In this document: positions 11,066-23,144 of the stretch, piece after piece | Position numbering within the stretch: position 1 is the stretch's first letter | How the letters are laid out: every line of letters begins with the position of its first letter | Source: Eukaryota sp. GEM-RC1 | Lineage: Eukaryota | Assembly (NCBI GenBank): GCA_040285855.1 | Contig: JAUFOQ010000016.1 | Span: forward strand, 1,922,001-1,986,000 | Reading direction: 5' to 3' | DNA length: 64,000 nt | Made by a program: the position numbers and the translations under genes | The notes under the pieces: generated by a model | What the model saw: only the letters and a program-made list of their open reading frames with translations | The model's database searches: none | Told to the model about the DNA's origin: nothing

Positions 11066-11841
11066 TATTAAAATTCATTCTTATTTTCGTCAGAATAATA
11101 CCACAGTTTTCAATTACTTCTAGGAGTCTTCAGTGAAACATTAGAGATTGTTATCAACAGGGGTCAAATCAAGATTATTTCGTTACCATTAATCTACTAG
11201 AACTATGTTTACTGCTCAGAACAAAACGTCTATTTGAAACAAACACATCACCAATAGAGAAGGAAAAATCTGCGTAGAATATTTCTCGAGTATTACTGGA
11301 GCACTACTTGGTGTATTGCTTTGTTGAATCGTTAATACGTTTTAATTGTAGCGGGATATTAAAGAAAGACGTTATTGAGCGTATTACATTGTAGTGAGAC
11401 TTATTGGCCCGAGACTATCAAAACTCTTAACGGGTGCAACATACTATTAATTGACGGGGATTCCCACAGGGTCGGTTTTGTTACTTTGCAGCAAATGTAA
11501 AATAAGGAGAAGGACTTTCAAAAGTGACATATCGTTCTTTCACAGAAACTCTTCAGTAAATGTAGGAATTCCAGAAACATTAGTCACTCTATAGATTCCA
11601 GGAGTCCCTGCAGGAAATACTACCAAACGAAATCATAGGAAGTCTACTACAGTCAAACCTGTAGTAGCAATTCCTGAGCCAAAACAACCCACTCGTTTAA
11701 GAACAATATCCTTGATGCATAACAGTGTTAGTTCTCTGAAGGATGTGAGGTTACTGTATAACGTGATATCAAACTATATTTTCAAAACTAATTGCAGACT
11801 ATAAAACACTATTAAGGACAAACTAAAATTACAGATCTCAT

Positions 11842-13693
11842 TCAAAAGGGGCCAAAAGGAACGTGAGTGCAACGCTCATTCCAAGTGTCTGGAATGGAAT
11901 CACGATTAAAATTGTGCCAACTTCCTTGAAGAGAGAGGTAAAAACGGATGGTAAAATACAAAGTTCCAGTAAGAATTGCCAAAGACATCATCATTGAGTA
12001 ACGTTTATGTCTAAAATGAGTCCACAACGCATTAAAGAGTGGCGGTTCACCAGCCTTGAATCGATGACGAGAAATGAGATAGATAATGGCAATATCTGGA
12101 ATGGTGGCAGTAGACAGCTGAAGTACCATGATGGAGGTGAGCTGAAGGACGGGTGTGGTTGTGTCAAAGAGGTAGAAAGAACAAAGCTTCATGATTGAAG
12201 TGACAATGATACAAGAAACATCCAGCAGACATTCGGCGAGAAAAAGGTGGATGTAATGGCACTCGTCGGCATCAGAGAACTTTGGTGTGGAGGGGTCGTT
12301 ACCTTGTGGATGAGGAAGATAAAGAATAGAGTGCCTGCGACGGTAGGGGAGAAATGCCACAGGCGGTGATGATGGAGGTGATGGAGAATCAATATCAGTC
12401 TTAATGGAAAGAGACTGACGAAAGCTGGACCCTTGAGAAACAGGAGGTTCCTCTTCAGAAACCATATTTGGTAGGTTTTCGTCTTTGGCGGAAAGGGGGA
12501 TGACGTCTCCGAGGTCGTTTTCTGTGGGATACTTGACTGGACTAGTATCTGGACTAGCACTAACTTCATCATCAAAATCAGAATCTGAAACATCACGAAT
12601 ACCAACATCGTCGTCGATTGGAAAGAGTGAACTCTTTAGAGGTGAACCAAACGTGACGTCAGCTTCTTCAAAAGGTGGTGTGATGTCTTCGTCAAACAAC
12701 TTTTGGACTGGTTTGGGGGAAGGTGGTTGGAGACGCCGTCCGGACCCGGATCCGGGAGAATTTTTGGAACGCATTCCAAGAAGTCCTCGTACTCCTTTGG
12801 CAGATGAAGGAGAGAACTCTTCTATAAGAACCAGAGGAGAACACAGACGCTGTAATACTTGATCACGAAAACGAGCAGTGAATCTCCAAATAATATCAGA
12901 TAGCCCAGCAAGAAAAAGCATGAATGCCGTTGCCAAAAAAGAACCAGCATTTGTAACTAAAATACGAAGAACTAGTAACTTCGTGGCATTGTGGAGCGCG
13001 ATCAACAACACCTTATCATGGGGAGACGTCTTGACTTTCTTCAAAGCATGTTTAGCCATATACATCATGACACCATTAAAAGAAGGTACTATAACAATAC
13101 GATACGTCAGCCTCGTGTAAAAGGAATCGTCCGAAGAAAAATACATCGGCAGGATATAGAATTCCATTATGACCAAATAAATGAGCCATGGAACGTACAA
13201 TTGGAAATAAGCAGTTTTCTTAATGATCATTCGTTTCTGAATAAAATGAGAGAAGTGCAGCATGTGAACAGTGAAGAAGAGATAGAGGAACACTAGAAGA
13301 ACTCCAGCAGGAAGTATGTACGCCAGAGTAAATGGCTTAAACAACGACCAGAGGCCAATTGCAAGACAAAAAAGAATAGACCAAGGTTTGAACGGTTGTA
13401 ACTTCTCAGAATACAGAGTCCACCAAGGCAGGAAAACATAACAGAGGATGAAACAGTTCTGGACAACATTATCAATGATGAGGAAAAAACGGTCGTTGGC
13501 TGTTCTATCTGACGGATTACAGAACATTGACATCCGGGAAATCATCGTATAGAGGATGTACAATGTAGATGGAAGAACTGTAATAAACGAAGAAAAGAAG
13601 ACTCTCGGATAGAATCGCAGTACAGAACGGAAAGCTTCACGGAAGGGGAGTTGGTCTTTTGCGTTCATCAGACGCTGTGTACGAGGGTAACAT
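11842..13693 (-). CDS. Multi-pass membrane protein of unknown function
   Basis: 608-aa ORF with many hydrophobic segments split by a long S/P/D-rich loop; start is ATG 13668, or 13693 if one extra C in a C-run is an error. Confidence 0.8.
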
Positions 13694-13739
13694 GCATAGA
13701 TGATGGATGATCAAATTTTGGATTGTCATAATCCAACTA

Positions 13740-14577
13740 CACCGCTGACCTTAATTAATGTCACTGACATTAATTCCGAACAAACTTTTTGGAAGTCCAA
13801 ACCCAAATTAATGTCACTGACATTAATTCAGAAAGTTCCAAAATAATGTCACTAGATTTTGTTGAATCAAATCTGTTGTCGACGAGCAACTTATAAAGAA
13901 AACATCAGTAATCAAAGTACTCTTTATAGGTTCCAATCTCATGGGACAATTCAATGTTCTTCCTGTCCACTGTAGTTCAATTATCGAACCTGGATATACA
14001 TCGCAAGGAGATATGATTCATTCGAATTGATAAAATCAAAACTGTATATCAACCAGTCGAAAACCGTGTTATTGATGTATTAGTAGAATTGCCGTTGTTA
14101 TAAATCTACTCTTCTTGACTTTCAGTACCTATCAGCAGCATCAACTGAGAGGAATCTTGATCACCAGACTCCATCCAAAAACACACAAAAATTATGTTAT
14201 TAGTCATCTCTAATATTCTACAGTGCACATTATATCCAATATGCTCATTGACTTAGTCATTATTCGGAAGAACTCATAAGAAAAGGATAAAAACGATTCG
14301 AAGTTGAAGGTAAGAGTAACTATATACTGAACCGACCTTCAGGGCAACTATTTTCTAATGTCTTTCTCGTTCCCAACAATGTTTACTTGTAGTTGTACTG
14401 TATTTTTGCTTTAGTATTAAGAAAAATTGAGACTTAGAGTTGAAGAAATCATATACTGGAGATGTTCCAAATTAATGTCACTTATTTTCCAGAATTGCTC
14501 AAACCTAAATTAATGTCCCTGACATTAATTGCGAAGTGACATTAATTTGGAAGTGACATTAATTAAGGTCAGCGGTG
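13740..14577. mobile_element. Non-autonomous Tc1/mariner-superfamily element (838 bp)
   Basis: Perfect 26-bp TIR CACCGCTGACCTTAATTAATGTCACT, TA on both flanks, repeated subterminal AATTAATGTCAC motifs. Confidence 0.9.
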
Positions 14578-15389
14578 TACAATGATCACATGACACTCAC
14601 CCCCAGTCACATATCTATTAATCTAACCAGATTTGGTCACATAACCTCGTTCAATGATCGCACATGGTATATTTTGTTCACTCTTATTCTTGTGTACATA
14701 AATTCTCATAACAAACAAATATTATATAATAATCTGTAGCATTATTGAATCTTCGCATTCATGACTTCCTATTAGATACCAGCAATCGCGTCTGTAAAGG
14801 GGTGTCTAGTCAACTTTCGTTACATTTTTAAGCCATTTCCTTCCACAAGTATGTTCACTACAACCTCCAACTAGACTAAGTTTTCACAGTCTATTCATGT
14901 TAACCCACACTTAATTTCCAAATCAACACAGTATGTCCACTAAAATGGACCATTTGATTACAGTTTCACCATTATACATGAGATCCTGATAAATTGATGA
15001 TCTGATAGAAATCAGAAATCATTATACACTTTCCGATAATCAGTAATTCAAAATCTTCTGTGTTCTCAAGATTGCTATAGATTGCGTTCAATTTTAAATC
15101 CAAAACACAAACTGTCGGAAGAGATTCATCAACAGTCATTATTTAAATCGGTGTAGAAGAACTCATGAATTACAATTTGGAGTTGAAGTTGGAGTTGCTA
15201 CTAACACTCAGAGTAGTAGTGTCTAATTATCACTCTCATAATTCTTGCTTCTTAAGAAGGACCTTGTCTATGTATTGCTCAGCTCCTCAGGCTCTTCACT
15301 TTTAAAGGCAAGTTTGGCTAAATGGGGGTATACTTCCGTATTCTTTGGGCGAGTATCTCTCGTTTCAACTTTCTATCTATCTACCAAAC

Positions 15390-17145
15390 ATGGTTACCAT
15401 CATTGATAACTTCACTTTCACTCTTGGAACGATCTTTGTAGGTCTTCTCCTCGTTATCGCTATCCATTCCTTAACTACTCCCCGATCAGCACTTCTTGGT
15501 CTTTATGGTGCAATCATTGCTTCTGTTCTTGCAATCGCCTGGTTCTCCATTCTGTTCCTCACCGGCCTCGGTTGGGTTTTTGCCTTCGTCCCTCTTCTAT
15601 TTGGTGCCTTAATTGGTTTTTTCCTTGCAAGAGTTGTCCGCATGACATCCCTCCCTCAACTTGTTGCTCTTCTCAATGGCCTGGGGGGTCTAGCCGCCAT
15701 TCTTCTTGGTCTCTCTACATTCTTTGAACCTGACATCTTTGATACCACTGCTCTACTCCTTGCCGTCTTCCTTCCTGTTTGGATAGGAGCTGTCACGTTT
15801 GCAGGGTCACTCGTTGCTGTAGCTAAGTTATACGGTAAACCCAAGATATTCGCCCGTGATTACCAATCAATTTCCAGAACAGTTCTATTTGGCCTCATAT
15901 TCCTTGGCCTCATTGTTCTACTTGTTCTCTTTCTTACCACTTCCCCCGGTGCTACTTTTGGTTGGGTCCTACTCATGGCCATCATTGCACTAAGCTTAAT
16001 CCAAGGAGTTGTGTTTGTTGTTGGCATTGGCAGCGCTGATATGCCCATTGCCGTCTCCACTCTCAACGCTCTTTCTGGGGCTGCAGGTACTACTGCAGGT
16101 TTCCTTCTTCGTAACGATCTCTTAGTAATTATAGGTGCTATTGTGTTAGGGAAGTGGAGCAACATTGTCTTTTCTAATGGCGAGGGCAATGAATAGGAAC
16201 TTGGGATTGGTTCTAATGGGTAAGTGGACGGGAACGAAATCGACGTCAACTAAAGCGGAAAAGGAAAGAATTCAATCGTCTAACCCTCAAGAAGTTGCTG
16301 ACCTTCTATCACGTGCCAAGAAAGTCCTGATTGTTCCAGGCTACGGTCTTGCTGTCTCTCGTGGTCAGTTTGCCTGCGTGGCTGTAGCAGAGACCCTGGT
16401 CCAACGAGGCATCAAGGTTTCCTTTGTCACTCACCCAGTAGCAGGGAGAATGCCCGGGCACATGTCAGTGATCCTTGGAGAAGCTAAGGTGCCTTGGAGT
16501 CAAATAGAAGACGTTGAGGATGTTAATAAGGTGATGGAGACGTACGACGTGGCGATTGCTATAGGATCTAATGATATCGTGAATCCTGCAGCTATTGATG
16601 ACGTGGATAGTCCTATCTATGGAATGCCAATAGTAGAGGTTCATCGAGCTAAGACAGTTGTAATGATTAAGAGAAGTCTCTCCTTTGGCTACGCTAAGAT
16701 TGACAATCCCCTTTGGTACAAAGAGAACTGTAAGATGTTGTTCTCTGATGCAAAGGAATCCATGGAGAATATCCTTGCAGCTCTACCTAAAGAAAAAACT
16801 ACTAGAACTCAAGCAGTAGAAGAAGAAGATTCAAGTGCAGTAGTAATGAAGGAAGAAGAAGAAGAAAAGATTCCCTTTGGAGGAGTTCCCCAGGAAAAAA
16901 GAGTTCGAGTGCTTGTACCTAGAGAAGAAGATCCTGAAACACGTGTTTCTTTAGCCCCTGAACACGTTGAAAAGTTAACTGACCTTGGGTTTGAAGTCTA
17001 TGTAGAGTCTGGAGCTGGAGATTTGGCTGGGTTTTATGATGACCAGTACCTGGCTGCTGGAGGTTTCATTGTTGGAAGTTTTGTTGAAGGAGTTGGGGCT
17101 ATTGATAGAGTTGTTGAATATCGAACTCCGGAAGAGATTTCTTGA
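15390..17145 (+). CDS. NNT: NAD(P) transhydrogenase, beta-linker-alpha fusion, truncated early in domain I; probable extra G at about 16150
   Basis: PQLVALLNGLGG, GAVTFAGSL, GSADMP, HPVAGRMPGHM, GSNDIVNPAA, SPIYGMP; then VPRE...ETRVS...VESGAG (start of alpha domain I) and a stop. Confidence 0.88.
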
Positions 17146-18428
17146 GTTGATAGGCAGGGCTCTAAGTACAATTCCTTGCATGTACATTTTCAATTCACGG
17201 TTAGAAATGATTTTTGTTTTTTTACCTCTGTTGAGGTTTTTCATATATTTTTTGAGATGTTTCCACCAGATATTTGACGAAGAGTTTATAAAAGAAAAAG
17301 TATTAAACACTGATTTGCTGTAACTGTCTTCCTTTTCATATCTTGAAAGTGCTACAATGTACTACACTGGTTTGTTTCATTGTGCTCACTGAGACTACTG
17401 GTACATGTAATAGTAAACAAATTTGTATTTGTTACCAGTTCAATAAGTAATTTCAATTTCGGAACATTTGATTCTTCAGTATGTGTCACGGTGTAGAATT
17501 CACATTTCAAGTACTAAATTCTACGTTTGTTAATTAATGTTAATCTAGAAGAACTATTCTAGATTGATCTTTGGGATTTACAGTATCATCAAATCAAAAC
17601 ACTCATCGTATTTTCTATAATTTTCGTGGTCAGCCGAAACAACTGACTGATGATCCATGTGCATCTGAATCAATAGAGAATGAGAAGAAGATCAAACGAA
17701 GATATACACCTTACTATAACTGTCATTGTTCAACAACAGAGTTCACTTTGAGAATCGATGATGAATTCATGAATGAATTCACTTGGTGAATAACTGGACT
17801 ACTTTTTTATGCTATAATTTTACGAAATGCAATGCATTCTTCAAGTCACGACCAACACACTACTACAGAAGAGATTAACATGAATCATATCACTGGTCTA
17901 CTAAACACACAGTAACGTATAGAAGAACATAAAATAAACATAAACTCTTAGTGATAATAATGAATAGTGTTGCACCTGAGCTCAGCCCTATACGATTAAG
18001 CCCGCCTGGGCTTAGTCCTTTGTTTCAGAGCCAATCAAATCACAAGCCAGCTCAGCTCAGCCCAGCCCACAGCCCAAATAAGTAAAACTTGATATAGTAG
18101 TGTCTAACTTATTAGCTTATGGTTATTAAGTTCTTTACACTCCACTTTCCTCCAGGATCTCAAGCTCAATAAAGCTCTCAAAGACTCAATTTTATTCTAA
18201 CTTTGGCGAAGTAACAGAAGCTGGAGGAGGTGTGTCATCTGTTATTGTTACGATGTCTTGGTGAGAGGGTATTTCAAAGAAAGCAAGATTGGGATTTTTC
18301 TGAAAGAAGATGAATTAGAGTTGATACAGTCTACACTAAAGTACATCACAATAAACAAATTGATTTTTAAAGATTAATTGGTTTTGTGTTATAAATTAAC
18401 GAAATACAAACAACTACAGTAGTACTAG

Positions 18429-19165
18429 AAAAACGGATTTATGTGCGCAGAAAAACACACAATAAGAAAACAACATATAAATAAACACTATTAAAACAAA
18501 TTATCAAACGAACTACCTAATTCCGAAAAGTAGTTGCCTTCAAACAACTTGGACTTAATTAACCAATTGAATGTTGACAGGTACAATTCTTTTGTGTTTC
18601 AACCTTTGCGATGTCGATATACAGTAATATTGGATTAGCTGCACAAGGTTTTTAACCTCCTTTGGTAAATTGTGTTCTGAGTATGGTAAAGTTTTCAATG
18701 AAAATTTTTGGTTGAGTAGGTTAACGTTTGCGTTGTTTCGTTCAATGCACAGATATTTTAATTCAATTTTAAGTAAGTTGTTCGGTGATGGACAGAAGGA
18801 TCATAGTTTAAATACTTTAGTTAGTGTCTGTTAGTTATTAACTTCTGCAAATGCCAAATGCATTTATTTCACTGACTGATCATAAACCCCGTTTTTTTAA
18901 CAACTTGGACCAAAATGGAATCAACATATCTATACATAGAGCTAAAAATCGAAATAGCAAATTTGCTCTTCCAGTAGGATCTGTTAAACTTCTGGCCAAA
19001 TTCTGAACACAAATTTTCAAATAAATTTAAAAACTCCTTGGTAGAAGAACCGAAATTTACGTACAATGAAACTGCAAAAGACTGAAAGACGATATTACTG
19101 TTTTTTCGTGAATTCAATGCAGCAACTTGATGTCCGTACTTAAAAGATATTAAATCATCCACGTC
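18429..19165 (-). mobile_element. RLE retrotransposon family A copy (interrupted)
   Basis: DDLISFKY...FQSFAVSLYVNFGSSTKEFLNLFENLCSEFGQKFNRSYWKSKF; 3' end CACATAAATCCG-TTTTT; 5' boundary approximate. Confidence 0.8.
18555..18898 (+). mobile_element. RLE retrotransposon family B, 5'-truncated, inserted into family A
   Basis: 12-bp TSD AACAACTTGGAC (18543-54 and 18899-910); encodes FGKLCSEYGKVFNENFWLSRLTFALFRSMHRYFNSILSKLFG; ends CATAAACCCCG-TTTTTTT. Confidence 0.85.
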
Positions 19166-19705
19166 TGCTCTTGAACTACCACGATACAATTTATCCAGAA
19201 TACGATTCAAATACGTTGGGAAACTTCTATATAAGAAAAACACAATGCGATTGCGCGAAAGAGACTGATTACAATTTTTCCTATGGTCACGGCACAACTT
19301 TGAAAAGGCATCAAAGAAATTTTCGGCAGCGATTCTAAATATTACCAAGAATTGAAATAGCAAAAGGAATGAACTTAAAAGAAGAAGAATACAAATTGAT
19401 TCATGTAATTAGTAGTTTATACACAATCGTATCTTTTAACTATTGTAATGACTGTTGGTCAATGACATAACGATACTTACAAAATTGATACAGTTGATAC
19501 GGTTGATAAATGTTGCAACCAAAAATTAGAGTTGTAAATGGGCTGAAGGGCTAAGCGCAGTGAATTGTCAAGCCGGCCGGGCTTAAGCCACAAACTCTCA
19601 AGCCCAGTCCAATTGTACTGCTGCCCGCCAGGCTGGGCGACTGGGGCTGAAATTGGTGCAACACTAATCAGGCTGAATCTGATTATCCAATTCGATAGAA
19701 TCGTA

Positions 19706-20383
19706 ATGTTTCTCTTCATCGTTCTTCTACCTATTGTCCTAGCATGGGGTCCGTACACTCATCAGATCTACTGCCATCAACTAGATCCCGGTAATTATGA
19801 TCTTTATATTGGTTGTATCGCTCCTGACGCCTTCAAATCTATTGATTATCACATCCATAACCACAACTTTGCACAGTTCTTTGTTGAGTCGTTTCCTGGC
19901 TCTTTTTCTCGCGGTTTTCTTACTCATATCCTTCAAGACAGTGTTGCCCACCGTTCTTCAAACCCTTATCTAATCCCTGATCACAATCGCATCCTAGAAC
20001 TAGCTGCCGATACATTGAAGCTTCTCAAATCTTCAAACTTTTCCTTTCAACATCTTACCAAACGTCATTCAGACATGGTTTGTGGTGCCTGGAATCTCTA
20101 TGCCCAACGTCACGGTTACCCTTCTTATAACTGTGATCTCTTTTGGTCATCATCATCTGATTTCATTCGACAATGTAATGCTGAACTTATGGCGATCCTG
20201 GCAAACAAGTCTCTTTATAAACAGTCAATGATAACTTATGGTCCTTGTGAGTCAAAAGATTGGTCAACAGCTCTATTAGTATATAACAAAGCTGAGAATT
20301 TGAGTTTAATAGTGTCAAAACGATGGGAAGAAGACTATCAATCTATTATTGATTACATTTCGACAGTTGAGTTTTGTAAGTAA
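19706..20383 (+). CDS. Secreted zinc-dependent phospholipase C / GPI-PLD-like protein
   Basis: Signal peptide, then WGPYTH, GCIAPD, GFLTHILQDSVAH zinc-ligand motifs. Confidence 0.7.
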   Translation: MFLFIVLLPIVLAWGPYTHQIYCHQLDPGNYDLYIGCIAPDAFKSIDYHIHNHNFAQFFVESFPGSFSRGFLTHILQDSVAHRSSNPYLIPDHNRILELAADTLKLLKSSNFSFQHLTKRHSDMVCGAWNLYAQRHGYPSYNCDLFWSSSSDFIRQCNAELMAILANKSLYKQSMITYGPCESKDWSTALLVYNKAENLSLIVSKRWEEDYQSIIDYISTVEFCK

Positions 20384-20815
20384 TTATGTTCTTCTTTTTC
20401 AAATCGTGTCCTCATCTTTTCTTTCGTGAAAACTCCTCCAATAAGATTAAAGCTGGACGTAGATGATCTAGGTCTTGTTGTCCACCTACTACATGTACAT
20501 GTATTATCTTAGATTTTCTACTGACATTGAATTAGTTTGTAAGTGTATGTTATGTTGTATTAAACAGTTATTCTACTTCCAACTTCAACCAATTGACCTC
20601 AATTTTATTAGTAATATCTACTGTAACTAAATTTCCGTGCTACGTATCCTACACGTGATATTACTTAGACTATCGACGACAACATATTAGATAAGTAGTG
20701 ACTCATCATACAAAAACAAGGGACATACAAAAGATTTATAAACAATTCAATAAACTAATATTCAGCTGTGAATTTCATTCCAAATGCATAAAGGCATCAC
20801 CCTTCACATTTTCAA

Positions 20816-22481
20816 CTAATATTCAGGAACCCATTGGTGTTCTCTCAAAAACTTCTTCAAATCAGCAGGTCTTGGCTCTAAACGGGCATTACCTTCTTCA
20901 TAACAAGACTCCATCACAGCAGCTGCAATGATGATAGAAACTTCTCTAATTTTGTCAAGATCGGGATACATGTTTCCTTCATCCATATTGGCTTGAGGAG
21001 TGGCATCTGCAAGAGCTCTAGTTGCTCTGTACAAAGTCTGATCAGTGATCTTAGTTGTTTTACAAATAAGAGCTCCAAAACCAATTCCTGGGAAGCAGAA
21101 GAAGTTGTTTCCTTGTCCAGGCACAAATCTCTTTCCCTTCCACTCAAATGGAGGCTGGGGACTTCCTGAAAAGAAGATACACTTACCATCAGTCCATTCA
21201 TAAGCTTCAGCCGCAGTAACCTCCATTTTAGCAGTGGGATTACTCAAAGCCATAATGATGGGTCTATCGCAATGCTTATCCACCTCAGTAATGATCTCCT
21301 TGGTGAATACCTTAGGTTGTCCACCCAATCCAACGAGCATGGTGGGCTTAACCAACTTAACGGCATCCATAAGAGTAGGACACTCGTGTTCAACAGACTC
21401 GTGGGCATAAGGAATCTTGTGACCAGCGAGGGGACGTCCTTGACGGGTTTGAGTAACGAGACCTTCAGAATCTAAAAGATAGAACTTTCTCTTGGCTTCA
21501 AGTACACTGAGTCCTTCTTCTCTCACCATCACGTCAGCAATGATGTCAGCAACACCAACACCAGCGGATCCAGCTCCGAAAAAGACAATACGCTCATCCT
21601 TAAGCTTTCTTCCAGCTGCTCGTACAGCGTTGATAACACCAGCTGCAATGACAACACCAGTACCTTGGATATCATCGTTGAAACAGCAAAGTTGAGTTCT
21701 GTACTTGTTTAACAAGTCAAAGGAAGTGTTGTTGGAGAAATCTTCGAATTGTTGAACAACGCCAGGCCACTTCTTGTCAGCAGCCCACAAAAACTCATCA
21801 ATGAGACCATAGAACTCATCTCCTTGTAACTTGGGGATACGTTGGCCAATGTATACTGGATCCTCAGTAATGGAAGTTCTGGTACATCCTGAGTCAATCA
21901 AAACAGGGAGAGTGCATTCAGGAGCAATACCGGCACCGGCAGTGTACAGTGAAAGCTTACCAATGGGAATACCCATACCATTAGCTCCAATGTCACCAAG
22001 ACCAAGAATACGAGAACCATCAGAAAGAACCTAAAGTAAGAAGTGGGATGGAACAAACAATGATCTTGATGTCAGGGCGATCCTTAGCGTAGTTGTCGAG
22101 GATCTCGGCAACACGTCCGCGATGTGCATTGGTGAGGTATAGACCACGAGTTTTGGAAGGCCAGATTTGGCTCCATTTGACACAAGCTTCGCCAACAGTA
22201 GGAGTGTAAACGAGAGGCAGACATTCGATGGTGTGTTTACCAACGAGTGCAAAGAAAAGACGTTCATTGCTGTCTTGAAGGTGTCTCAAGAAGATGAATT
22301 TCTCTAAGGTGGAATGACAGAGGGTGTTCATTTGAGTGTAAGCACGATCAACTTGCTGATCGATGGTCTCAACAGCAGGAGGAAGAAATCCGTCGATTCC
22401 AAGAGATCGACGTTCTTCATGGGAAAATCCCATGTCTTTGTTAGTGGTGGGGTCACGGAGGATATGAGCTGGATTGGCCAT
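20816..22481 (-). CDS. ME: Malic enzyme (NAD(P)-dependent), two exons, no obvious N-terminal presequence
   Basis: PLVYTPTVG, SDGSRILGLGDIG (restored by splicing), QFEDF, FNDDIQGTG, GAGSAG, LSNPT, GQGNN. Confidence 0.95.
22031..22058 (-). other. 28-nt spliceosomal intron in malic enzyme
   Basis: GTTTGTTCCATCCCACTTCTTACTTTAG; removal gives IKII|VLSDGSRILG. Confidence 0.9.
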
Positions 22482-22740
22482 GAAGTCGGAAAGTTAACAA
22501 CTCAATTTGTTTCTGTTTTGGTCAAAATCTTCGCTCAAAATTCTTTTGACACGTTTGCAAATTTAGCTATGCACCATTAGAAATTTACCATTAGACGATG
22601 CTCAAAATTACGTCACGACAATGTGTCAAGACGATCTTCAGTCATCATGATACTTTTTAGCATGTTTGCTGAATTGCAAGAAAAGATATCTGCTTGACTG
22701 AACTGTTTAGGTTTAGATTTTCGATTTCTTGTTACTTTGT

Positions 22741-22914
22741 ATGAAGACCTCTACTTCTATCGTTGTTGCCTCATTGATCTTGTCCGCTGCTCTCCTTACA
22801 TCATCTGCAATGAAATGGTGTCCTGCTATGCGTCGTAAGTGTTGTCGTCGAATGTGTTCACGTAATCCTACATCTGAGGAACACACCCAAGCTGAAAGTC
22901 ATGATTTTGAATGA
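22741..22914 (+). CDS. Small secreted Cys/Arg-rich peptide precursor
   Basis: MKTSTSIVVASLILSAALLTSSA signal-like segment, KWCPAMRRKCCRRMC core, acidic tail. Confidence 0.55.
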   Translation: MKTSTSIVVASLILSAALLTSSAMKWCPAMRRKCCRRMCSRNPTSEEHTQAESHDFE

Positions 22915-23144
22915 GGATAGTCACTTGTTAATATCAATATCCAAATTTTATAAAAATGATTACCACATCAGTTTTCTAAAAGGTTCGTTAAACAACACAC
23001 TGCTACTGAAACAATCTAACATAGATTTCTACATTCAAGTACAGGACAATCATTTTCAGTAAGAAATAGACAAAAATAGAACAACAATCCAATGTGTTCA
23101 TCAGACGACATCAAAAAAATGGGAGAAAGAGCAGTGTCATTGGT

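Larger units (their letters stand above)
17965..19666. mobile_element. hAT-like DNA transposon remnant hosting nested retroelements
   Basis: 12-bp TIR TAGTGTTGCACC/GGTGCAACACTA; clustered AGCCC/GGGCT subterminal repeats at both ends; no intact TSD. Confidence 0.7.

Noticed and set aside
11449..11470. AATTGACGGGG, resembling an SSU rRNA conserved motif
   Set aside because: Match is about 11 nt with no flanking rRNA similarity
19477..19705. ORFs 19477-19758 and the 19565 extension of the PLC-like gene
   Set aside because: They run through the GC-rich transposon terminus; the signal peptide starts at ATG 19706
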